From Marsupella aquatica (lineage: Eukaryota > Plantae > Marchantiophyta): a DNA stretch of 64,000 nt. Below the pieces are notes generated by a model that worked only from the letters and a program-made list of their open reading frames with translations, was not told the origin of the DNA and did no database searches. Made by a program: the position numbers and the translations under genes. Below are positions 53,697-64,000 of this stretch, piece after piece; position 1 is the stretch's first letter, and every line of letters starts with the position of its first letter. The DNA is taken from positions 10,315,832 through 10,379,831 of the forward strand of contig OZ316897.1 of assembly GCA_973895155.1 (NCBI GenBank), written 5' to 3'.

Positions 53697-53838
53697 CATT
53701 TCGTGTGGACTTTCACTGACTCGACAGGAGCAGTCAAACGCAGAAGGACCACCTGTTGTGAGTAGCCATTTCGTGTGGACTTTCACTGACTCGACAGGAG
53801 CAGTCAAACGCAGAAGGACCACCTGTTGTGAGTAGCCA
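53697..53838. repeat. 70 bp perfect tandem duplication
   Basis: catttcgtgtggactttcactgactcg...gagtagc at 53697 and 53767. Confidence 0.92.
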
Positions 53839-54099
53839 CCCTTTATGAATCATATCAATTCAAGCAATATCAAATATATAGAGGTTTGCAAACAGGATTG
53901 GCACATGACACCATTTTCATATACTTATTTTTCTGCGGAGATCCCAATTGCTTTCGCTATATTCTAAATTTAACCCTTGCAAGTTTTTTTTCCCCTTTGA
54001 AAGCTGAAAGCAGACCCATCCAATAGACTCCAGAGCATGCTACTCTGGAGGGTAGTCACACAGATAATAGACGTAACCACAGGATGACAATACCAAGGG

Positions 54100-54730
54100 A
54101 TCAGACACACTGGCCCCGAGTAGGAGTTAGAGAGGCTTCAACCAGAGCTGCATAGTGGGCCAGCTAGTAGCCTTACCCAGGGATTAGACAAGGACCCACC
54201 ACCAGGAGGGAGAGAGGGTTAAGCCAAAGCTACAGAGTGGGCCAGCTATGTGTTCAAGAGGAGAAATCAGTATTCCCACAACTATAACCCAACCAAAACA
54301 CACACATGCACATGTGCCCTCTACACCCCCTTGAGTATTTTGAAAGAATCCAACACTCCCACCACTACTACACACACATACCCTCTACGCCCTTGAGTGT
54401 TTTGAATTGAAGTGTCCACTTCAATTCAAACACTCAAGGGCGTAGAGGATAAGATACCAAGTACAAAAGACTAACTCAACCATCAAACAAGTTTGAATAG
54501 GGTAGCCATAAGGGGACAATCCCAAGGGATCCCGACCAGGAGGGAGAGGGTTAAACCTGAATTGCAAGGCGGGCCAGCTAGGGGTTGAAGAGAAAGCAAT
54601 CCTCCCAGTGCTACAACCCACCCACACACACCCTCTAAACCCCTAGAGTGTTTTGAATTGATGTGTCTTACTCAAAATTAGCATACCAACAATTGAATAA
54701 CTAATCCAACCATCAAACAAATTTGATTGG
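54100..54730. repeat. Degenerate direct repeats (~330 bp spacing) containing a 32-bp-arm palindrome at 54382-54448
   Basis: The ccaggagggagag..ggttaa..gggccagcta unit occurs at ~54202 and ~54536. Hairpin: cctctacgcccttgagtgttttgaattgaagtg-tc-cacttcaattcaaacactcaagggcgtagagg. Confidence 0.8.
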
Positions 54731-55058
54731 AAGGTAAACAGATGAAGTTCTTTGAAGTGAACCACATGGACTCCTACTCATAATGCTTAACTACTAAGGG
54801 GAGTGTTTCGAGATTTCCCTTTGTAATATGCTTAACCCACAGCTTCGACCAGAAAAGGGGCCCTCAAATGAAGCTCCGCAAACCCTAATAGTGAGCATAG
54901 GTAATTTCTTAAGAATTATGAACTAGTTTTAGATACAGTTTTTTTGTGGAATGGATGTCCCGATGGGCGACTCTAAAAATAATTTTAGATTCACCCATCG
55001 ATACAGTATTTGTTGAATGGATATCTATGTGAATCTCAATGTAGATCTATGTTTTAGT

Positions 55059-56938
55059 TGTACGTCAATTTTGTCATGCCGAGGGACACTGCCTCTTATG
55101 CACATCGGCATGTCCCTCGCCTGCCCGCTAGGTATGTAGTTAGGGCTAGTGTACTACTTGAGTTAGCGACATGTTCTTGTAGCAAGTCTGGGCCGTTCTT
55201 GAAGCAAATGTGCTTGTTAGTGTGACGCCAGGACTTTGCTTGCTTAGGGCATGTCTTTCTTTGTGGGTTTTCAGTTCTTCTCGAATCGCTGTTGACAGAG
55301 CTCAGACAGTGCTCATCAGTTCCGTACACGGGATTCACACAGTGATTCGTTAGATGCTCCCGGCCGATCTTGGCATCCTGCCGGTTTTCGATTCGATTTC
55401 AGTACAATTGTTTCTCTTATGCCTTTTATTCGAGAAGAACTGCCGAGTGAAGGGAAGAAGATCAGAAACGTTGTGCTTCTCAGCTGCTCATGCCGGTCTA
55501 GACAATTTCCGTCGAAGCCGGTACAATTTCTTTGCAGAAAAATCAAGCGATGGGGTTAGAGTTAGATTTTTCCTTGTATACACTTAAACTCTCGGACTGG
55601 CGGAGTACACCCAGGAGGAGACGAGGGGAGCGCTTCCGGGAGGTTTTGCGTTTTGCCCAGGTTTTTCTTTTCCGGCCGCAACCTGCGTCACGACCTACTG
55701 CCGTGACCTTCGTCGGCGACTTGCTGCCGACTGCACAGGGCGCTGTGCTCTTGCTGGAGTTTTTAACGACCCTTTGAAGCCCCTTTTTCGTTGGTTTTAT
55801 GGCCATTTCCCGGCCACGGCTGCCATCCTGCATCGGCTGCCGTGCGACAACCTCCGGACTGCCTCGTCCACCGCGCAACTGCTTCTCGACACATAGGGCC
55901 GCGCGCCCGTTTTCTTTTCGCCCTTATTTTTTGTTGCCATTTTTTGCCTTCGTCGCCTCGCCACTCCTTTCGCTTTGGTGTGCAGACTGTGCATAGGGCA
56001 TCGTGCCCCTTGCCTTGCACATTTCCTTCCTTCTTTTTCCCTACCGTTATCAGCAATCAAAGCAGCTGGGGGAAAGCGAGCGCATGGAGAGGGCACGAGG
56101 CCCTATGGAGAATAAAGAGGGGGAGGGGGAGTAATCATTTGACTCTCTCTCTCTTGGGAGTCCCCCCCTGCAGGGCACAAGCATTAAGGAAGGAGGGGGA
56201 AGCGAAAGGAGGGCACCAAGCCCTAGGGAGCATTAAGTGGGGAGGAGGAGCCCTGCCAGAAGCAAAGCGAGGGAGAGGGCACAAGGCCCAACAGGAATCA
56301 TTAAGGAGGGGAGAGGGAGCTCGTAGCTTCTCTTTGGGAGTTCATAAAGGGGGGCACGAAGCCCTATGGAGGGTTGGGGAGCCATTAAGAGGGGCTCATT
56401 TCTTTCTGTTCCCCCTTGCCTTAATTTTGCATCAGTTTTTCTTTGGCACTTACCCTGCCTCGCCTCGCCCTTTCTTTGTCTTTCGGGCTGGATTCTTTCC
56501 TTTCGCCTTGCTGCGCCTCGCCTTGCTCGACAGCATAGAGCCGCGCGCCATTTTTATTGTTGTGTATAGGTCGCTTGCCTATACACATTCGGCCGGTCCA
56601 CCTTAAACCCGATGTGTATACACTTAGGGGCAGGCCCGTTTTTCTCGTATTTCTTTTCCTTTCGCCTCCCTTGCTTTCCATTCCGAATGGCTGCACTTTC
56701 TGGGTCCACAATGGGGCCCGATGTGTATAGATTTTAGGGGCCCTCCTTTCCGCCGACCTCAGATCATCTGCATACCGCTGCGGGTCCTGTGTCTACACAT
56801 CAGACGGTCAATTTGGTATATAATAGGCAAATGCGAAGGGGACTGAATTTGCGCTTTTAAGGGTCATTTTCTCCAACGGTTTTTCTTTGTAACGGTTTTT
56901 ATGTGTGTTCACACATTTTGTACATTTGGCACCCCGGG
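55059..56938 (+). repeat. Candidate 5' LTR (TGTAC...GTACA, 55059-56924) and PBS-like TGGCACCCCGGG (56927-56938)
   Basis: A TG..CA pair with a 5-bp inverted repeat brackets the CpG-rich block; TGG follows 2 nt after CA, just before the gag ATG. The second LTR is not in the window, so this is unverified. Confidence 0.3.
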
Positions 56939-56950
56939 TTAGCATGCAGC

Positions 56951-59900
56951 ATGTCAGCAGACGAGCCGGGAGGTAGCAGCTCATCGCCACCAACGCCCAG
57001 GTACCACTTACGGAGTGATCCACGACCGTTGGTGCCCATTTCATTGGAGTCTCGGCAATTTTGACGATGTCAGCAGACATCAGCAGCACCCACACCACGC
57101 AACCCTTCTGCTACATTTGGCGGTCGCTTCACCACTACCCCGAAGCCTACTATTGCTTCTTTGCCCTTTACTCCTTCTGCATCAGTGATTGTTCCAGCTT
57201 CACCGACATACAGCATGGATGCCAGTCACTCATCTGGCCGCATTGAGCGCTTCAGTGGGCGGCCAGGCATTGTTTCTTTGCGTGAGTTCAAATCCACTTT
57301 CTACACTGTCGTTTACGAATTGGAGTTGAAGTATGGCAGCAATTTCACAAATGCTTTTGCATTTAAGCAGCTAGCCAGGTATGTGCACCATGAGGCTTTG
57401 GATGTGTATGAGCAGCACTCTCACCGGCTGCTTGCTATCACACAATTGCCTAACCCTGCCTATGCCACTGCAATTGCGGCTGCCTCACAGCTGGCATTAC
57501 AGAATGCCATTGCAGCCCATGCTGCTGCTCCTGCCACTTCCCCTCCTACTCCAGTTCCCACCACTGCACCAGTTACTCCCACTGTCTTGGCACAGGCTAC
57601 ATCAGGCATTTCTCCCACCATTGATTCCCCTGCCTTTGTTGATCCAATGGCTGAGTTTTTCCAGGTTCTTGAATTGAAATTCCCAATCAAGAGTGCTGAC
57701 AAAATCATGCAGTTGGCCACCTTTGTGAGGCAGCGCGATGAAACCTTGAAGATGATGTATCGTCGGCTTCTCAAGCTAAAAAAGGACACCCAGAGCATCA
57801 TTGACCTGGAAGCTGCTCATCGCTATCTTCGCGCATTGGAGGGCACACCAGCTCTCCATTCGCAAGTGTTGCAGCAAGTATTCTCAGAGTTCGGAGATAG
57901 CTACACCCTGCTCAATGTCTATGACACTGCTGAGAAACTTGAGTTGGCCCATGCACGTTATGAGGCCAGTATTGCGCGTCCACCGCGATCCAGGTACCAG
58001 GCTGCTACCCCTACACTGGCCACTCCTTCCCGTGTGCCACAGTATGGTTCCAAGACCAAGCCAGCCCATGCTGCTTTCATGCTGCCATCTTGCAACTACT
58101 GTGGTAACCCCAATCACAAGGCTAATGACTGTGATATTGTTGCTGAGGACCTGTCTTGTGATTTTTGCGGAAAAGTGGGTCACTTGGAGGCAGTTTGTTT
58201 TGCCAAATTCCCAGAGAGGAAGCAGCTACGACAGCAGGCCCCTCCTCCTGCTCCTGCTTCCACTCCCCCACCAGCTAGGAGGGCTCCTACTGCATCAACT
58301 GCTCCTCCTTCCAGTGGCAAAGCATCCAGTGCCAACAAACCGCCCAAGCAGCAACAGAAGCAACCAGCTCAGAAGGAGGCTCACAACGCACAGGCAACTC
58401 AACTCCAGTCTCTGACTCATGAGGTTGAGTCCCTACGTGCCCAACTTGCCAACATCAAAGACAAGTTAACTGCCTCTGCTGGTCCTTCTCAACCGGCTGG
58501 TCACGTGCAACCCATCCCTAGCCCAGGCACCACTGACAGTTCAGCACCTCTACCCCACTCTTTCTATGGCTTGCCATTTGATGCTCATATGGGTGAGTGT
58601 GTGTTGTCCTCTGCTCCACAGCCTGGCCTTACAGCAGAATTTTCAGATTCATTCTGCCCTTCCTATTTTGCTTACCAGCAGGCCAGTGCTGCCTCCCATA
58701 TTGCTCCCACACGCCGCATTGTACAGGCTGATGGTCTTGCTACCGGTCCTATGACTAGAGCCAGGGGAGCTAGGGCTATCATGCCCCAATCTTTTCAGCC
58801 ACTCACACTTGCTGAAGAGCGCACCTTGTTGGCGAGGGGGGAGGGAGCTGCAGCTACATCCATTCCACCACCAGGTGCTGCTGACATTTCACAGGGAGTT
58901 GTTTCTCCTGAGCTGCTTGAGCATTTCACCTCCGGTATGGCACAAAGGATTCTTACAACTCCACTTTTCAGTTGCCATGATTTACAGCTGGATGCTAGAG
59001 CTGTCCTCAGGGCGCTAGAGGGTTCACTGCATTCTTCATCAGCCCCTGTGACACCGGTTTTGGAGGTCCAATCTCATGTACATACTGGACCTTCTTCTTC
59101 TCCTTTACATGTTTCCACTGGTTTGGCTGCCCCAGTACCGATTGTTGCTGATTGTGTGACCAGAGCTACACTTGATTCTGGTCATGCTGCTCCATCTTTC
59201 CTGGCTATGTTGTTGAGTGGAAAGACCGTGGACACTAACTCCCTTCACAAGGTACCTCATCATTTGCCGAGAGTGGTGCCTAGTGACAGGACTTCAGTTT
59301 CCACCACCATTGCCATTGTTGACAACAGGAATTCAGTGGTCAAGTTGGAGGGTCACACTCCTCAGGTGGTCATGCTAGACACAGGTGCTCAACCAGTGAT
59401 ATTGGGCATTCAGTTTGCCAAGAAGATGGGACTGTTGACTGATCATTTACAGCAATCCAAGTGGCACATTCGGACTGCTAGTGGCACTGTGGAGGATGTG
59501 CTGGGTGAGAGTTCTACTTTACTCACTCTCACTTTTAATGGAGGTACAGATCAGGAACTGCATTTCCCAGTCAGATGTTTGGTTACCAATGCCACTACGT
59601 ATGATGTGCTCATTGGCTAGGAGGCTTTGTTCCCACCAGGTTTTACCATTGACAACTGGCATGAGCATGCATACTACAGAGTTGATTGGCATACTGATGG
59701 CTCACACTTGGGCTACATTCCACTTGATTTGCATGGTGCCCATACACCTATGGCTCACCATTGTGTGTTGAAAGCAGTGCACACAGCTACCTATGTCAAC
59801 CACCCATTGCAAGATTGGATTGAGGAGGATGACGATGAGGTGGCTGCTGCACATGCTGCTGCACGTATAGCAGCACTTTCCAGCAACGTGGATCATCAAC

Positions 59901-62900
59901 CAGAGGTGGTACAACGGCTCCAAGCAGCCCATGGACCTTTGGTGGCTGCATTGCGCAAGTTTGAAGACCTTGGGCAGCACAATGGACAGCCAATAGCCCC
60001 AATCTTGAGCGCACCAGTTACATGGACTCCTGCTCCAGATGGCCTTACATTGCTTGAGCTTTTTGGTGGCATCTCTATAGGCCTGGAAGCTCTCCTACAA
60101 TCTGGCATGGTGGTGAAGCAGTACATCTATGTGGATATTGATCCAGGTGCAAGGCAAGTGGCTGAATCCCGTCTGCTGGAATTTTCAGAGCGATTTCCTC
60201 AGCAGTTTCCACACAGTGCATGGAAGTCTGCATTTTCTTTCTTTCCTTCAAATATCCAGCTTGTCCAGCACCGGCACTTAACCCTTCTTGGCTCCCTTGA
60301 TTTGATCATAGCTGGTTGGGAATGCCAAGGGTTTTCAGCTGCTGGTCACGGTGCTGGACTGCATGATTCTCGTTCTGGCCTTTTCACAGCATTGGTTCAG
60401 ATTCTCACCTGGGCTCAATCCCTTTATCCTGCTGTTGGTTATATCATTGAGAATACTCCATCTCAATTTGACCAGCGACCACAGGTCAAAGAGGATTTCA
60501 GTGTGGTCCAGCACTACTTGGGACCACCCCTTCTCATTGATGCAGTGCACTGTGGTTCTTATGCACATCATTTTCGTAACTTTTGGACTAACCTTGCACC
60601 ACCTTCCTTGTTGGAGTTAGCTCTTCACCACACATCCAGGGACACTAACCTCATAATGGACCAGATTTTGGATCCTGACAGTTCTTGCCAACCAGTTACA
60701 TGGCAAGAGCCAGCACCTTGGTATCTAGCCAATACCATTGGATAGCCCCGTGCTGCTTGGCCTACATTTGTGTCCTTTCCAGGTGCACATGCTTTTCAGG
60801 GTGATGGTCCTGGCCTGGTTTACCGACATTCTACCGGTACATGGGATGAACCTAGTCCTGAGGAGAGAGAACGGGCTATGGGCTTCCAATCCAGTACTAC
60901 AGGTCACACCCAGATCACCAGGCTGGCCAGGAATGCTTTACTTGGCAGGGTAATGGATCTTAATGCTCTCACTTGGCTTCTGGTCACTTGCATCCTTTTT
61001 CAGATGTACATTCATCCAACATCTGGAGTTCCAGCTCTACCACTCCATGGTGCTGCTACATGGCATCCCGACCAGGTGCACTTACCTCTATTCAACACTC
61101 ACCACTTCAGTCCAAGTGTTGGGGGGGAGGAGGTCCCTTGTAATGTGGCTGATATTATTTCTGAGTTTCATGGTGTGGACCAACCCAGATCAGCAGGTAC
61201 AACAGGCCTTGGAGAGGCCTCGTCACCTTATCAGCAGCATGCTAGCAGCTTGGACAGTGGAGAGGCTAGCACTTCTGGCTCTTCAAGTACGAGTACATCA
61301 GGTCCTATTCCTAGTGTTGCCAACTACACATTCATCATGGGCAACCACCTGAGTAAAAGACAGAAGGACCAGCTGCTGAATTTGCTCCTCAAGCATGAGA
61401 ATGTGTTTGCTTTCTCTATGAAGGACTTGGGTAAGTGCAAGACTATGCAGTTCTCCATTGAGTTGGCTGATGAAACACCTATCTTCAGGCGGAGACACCG
61501 TTTGAGTAAGCATGAGTGGCAGTTGGTGGATGAGAGGTGCCAAGAGTTATATGAAGCTGGTCTTATTCAGCCATCTACATCAGATTTTGCAGCAGCTACA
61601 GTGATGCCAGCAAAGAAGGATTCCAGTGGATTGTGGACAGAGAAGCGCATGTGTGGGGACTACAGGCCACTGAACCTGGTCACACCCCAGGACAGGTACC
61701 CCATGCCACGGCCAGAGGAGCTATTTGACAGCATTGGAGACTCAGACATCTTCACTCTTGTGGATCTAAGGCAAGGCTTTAACCAGATTTTGCTGCTTGC
61801 AAAGGACCGCAAGAAAACAGCTTTCCATGGCAGTAACCAACTATGGGAGTGGTTGGTGATGCCATTTGGCTTGAAGAATGCGCCCATATTCTTTCAAAGA
61901 GTCATGGACCAGGTTCTTCAAGGTGCTTAGTTTCTGAAATGCTACATTGATGATGTGTTGGTCCACAGCAAAGGATTTGACCAGCATCTACTTGACCTTG
62001 AGGAGCTATTCTTGAGGCTTAAGAAGGTGAACCTAAAGATACACCCCAAGAAGTGTGAATTTGCTGTCAGATCAGTAGTATACCTTGGGCACCGCATTCT
62101 TCCAAATGGAACCATGGCTCACTGGGCCAAGGTGGTATCCATCTTGGAAATGCCCACTCCTACCGATGTTCACACTTTGAGGAGTTTTATTGGGTTGTGC
62201 AATTACTACCGGATCTACATCAAAGATTTCAGTACCATTGCACACCCATTGTATGCTTTGTTGAAAAAGAATGTGACTTGGACATGGAGTACAGATGCTG
62301 AGGCAGCATTTGCCACTTTGAAGGAGAAGCTCTCAGAATACCCGGTGCTGAGAAGACCTGATTTCAGCAAGGTCTTTGTGCTACACACAGATTGGAGTGC
62401 CCTTGGGATTGGTGCCATTCTGGGCCAGCATGATGAGGAAGGTAAAGAGTACGTCATTGCCTATGCATCCAGGAGCAACAATCAGGCAGAGAGTCATTAT
62501 TCTTCTTATGAAGGTGAATGCCTTGTTGTTGTGTGGGCTATCATACATTATAGGCCCTACCTCTATGGGACCAGGTTTGTTCTCTACACCGACCACCAGC
62601 CCTTGAAGTGGTTGATGACCAACGACAAGCTTACTGGCAAGCTTGCTCGTTGGGCGCTCATACTCCAGGAGTATGATTTTGAGGTAATTCATAGGCTTGG
62701 TGTGACACATCAGAATGCTGACACTATGTCCCGCAGCCCTTTGATTACCTCTGATGATTCCTTAGATGCACGGCAAGATTTTGACCAGGCTTCCATCCTG
62801 CCTACATTTCATGCATCGACCTATCTTGCTTTGCTGCCATGCTATGTTGTTGACCAACCTGTGGTGGACATATGGGAGGATAGCGACACTCTAAGATTTT

Positions 62901-63096
62901 TACAGCATGGGGAGTACCCCACACATGTTACTGCTGCCCAGAGAGACAGAATTCAGCAAAGGTCCAAGCGCTACTTGTGGAAGGGAGATCATCTCGTGCG
63001 TTGCTTGCCAGACAGGGAAGTGGTGGTTCCACCTATTCATGAGAGGGTTGGCCTTATCCGCAAGGTACATTCTGAGCTTGGTCATTTTGGTGTTAA
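56951..63096 (+). pseudogene. gag-pol polyprotein in a single frame with four premature stops (TGA 57062, TAG 59618, TAG 60743, TAG 61928)
   Basis: ORFs 57161, 59627, 60770 and 61955 share one frame, which extends back to ATG 56951 (MSADEPGG..RYHLRS). Zinc knuckles CNYCGNPNHKANDC and CDFCGKVGHLEAVC at 58091-58198; protease MLDTGA at 59372-59389; RT KRMCGDYRPLN, DLRQGFNQI, VMPFGLKNAP and YIDD (61943-61954); RNase H LHTDWS..YTDHQPL; integrase start KVHSELGHFGV. Confidence 0.92.
60041..60985 (+). other. DNMT3-like cytosine-5 DNA methyltransferase domain inside pol
   Basis: C5-MTase motifs in canonical order: I LLELFGGISIG, II YVDID, IV DLIIAGWECQGFS (Cys 60323-60325), VI YIIENT, VIII LIDAVHCGSYAHHFRNFWTNL, IX EERERAMGF, X ITRLARNALLGRVM. 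Confidence 0.88.
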
Positions 63097-64000
63097 TGTT
63101 GGGTATTTACTCTTACGTCTAGGTTAGGTATGACGTGGTTGGTACAACAACGTGGGTTGGTACAACTACGTGGTTAGGTACAACTACGTGATTAGGTACA
63201 ACTATGTGGTCAGGTACAACTACGTGATTAGGTACAACTATGTGGTTAGGTACAACTACGTGATTAGGTACAACTATGTGGTTAGGTACAACTAAGTTGC
63301 ACACTATATCATAAGAGGCATGTGTGCTTGGAGAGGTAGAACCAAGGCTCATTGTTATGGAGCCACTTGAGAGATAGGGAGAGCTTACACTGTGGAGACT
63401 CGGTATAGCCGACGGGCTTAGAGTTCAGTAAAGCTCTCTTGTGTGTTCCCGTGGACGTAGCCTCAAGGAGGTGAACCACGTATCTCTTGTGTCGACTATT
63501 GTGCGTTGGATGGTTCATGGGCTTGCCGTTGCGATCGTCGTCTATGCTCAACAATTGGTATCAGAGCATGCTTGGGAGGTGACGTGTGTTCGTGACGGGA
63601 TTTCATGACGGTTTTTCCAGCGTTGAGTGTTGGTGGATTTTCCAGAGTTCCATCGCATGGAACTTGGAGTTTATGGGCTCAACGGATAGATCAGGGCAAG
63701 AGCTTTCTAACGGTGTGAAGAAATCGTTGAACGGAGCTCGTGGTGCAGAGAGATCTAAGTTTTCGTCGTTCTGGATTTTGTGAAGAAAGTTGGCAATCGA
63801 CTCGGAGGGAGAAGCGTCAAGTGTTTTGACTCAACGGAGAGATTGAGGCAAGACGATTGTTTTTGAGTCCGGGATTGGCTCTTTGATGCAAAGAGGAAGG
63901 CTAAGCAAAATCAATTACCTTGTTGGACTTGGTGACGGCACCAAGTGCAATTGATCAACATTCGTTGTTGACAAGGTACCATTTTTTTCTCTTTGAAAAA
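63097..64000 (+). mobile_element. Nested LTR retrotransposon, 5' end: LTR 63097-63553, PBS 63556-63567; continues beyond the window
   Basis: TGTTG...CAACA termini, followed after 2 nt by TGGTATCAGAGC (complement of the tRNA-iMet 3' end). Starts exactly where the integrase frame breaks. Superfamily cannot be determined (no coding sequence visible). Confidence 0.9.
63122..63293. repeat. 18 bp tandem repeat (~9-10 copies) within the nested LTR
   Basis: g(g/a)ttaggtacaacta(c/t)gt repeated head-to-tail. Confidence 0.93.

Larger units (their letters stand above)
55059..63096 (+). mobile_element. Ty3/gypsy LTR retrotransposon encoding a C5 DNA methyltransferase; decayed, interrupted at 63096; 5' boundary tentative
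   Basis: Domain order gag-CCHC x2-protease-DNMT-RT-RNaseH-integrase in one frame. RT-RH-IN order is diagnostic of Ty3/gypsy. A CpG-rich non-coding region at ~55060-56950 precedes gag. Confidence 0.9.

Noticed and set aside
55791-56606. 271-aa ORF and overlapping ORFs upstream of gag
   Set aside because: No recognisable domain, low-complexity purine/pyrimidine tracts; expected by chance in a GC-rich LTR or leader.
59627-60745. Independent host or bacterial DNA methyltransferase gene
   Set aside because: No own start or introns. It is in frame with protease and RT, and motifs IX-X lie in the next ORF past a single TAG, so it is a pol domain.
56951-63096. DIRS/tyrosine-recombinase element (these often carry a methyltransferase domain)
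   Set aside because: Has an aspartic protease and the start of an HHCC integrase after RNase H, and the MTase is C5-type and upstream of RT. This fits Ty3/gypsy.

Overview
Eukaryotic, intron-rich plant DNA. The host is probably a non-flowering land plant, inferred from gene content only. Four host genes lie on the + strand: the 3' part of NUA/TPR (nuclear pore anchor, ~105-15007), a TPR-repeat protein (30678-37272), a conserved secreted plant protein of unknown function (41822-45545) and a deoxynucleoside kinase (49530-53125). The 16-30 kb interval holds two minisatellite arrays with Helitron-like 3' ends, an old collinear duplication, and an intact stand-alone Ty3/gypsy capsid (gag) ORF with no pol. 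The main finding is a Ty3/gypsy retrotransposon (~55-63.1 kb) whose single gag-pol frame carries a complete DNMT3-like cytosine-5 DNA methyltransferase domain between the protease and the reverse transcriptase. This copy is decayed: four in-frame stops explicable as C>T changes, and strong CpG depletion. It is interrupted in its integrase by a second LTR element (LTR 63097-63553, tRNA-iMet PBS). All exon and domain boundaries were read by eye; no searches were run.
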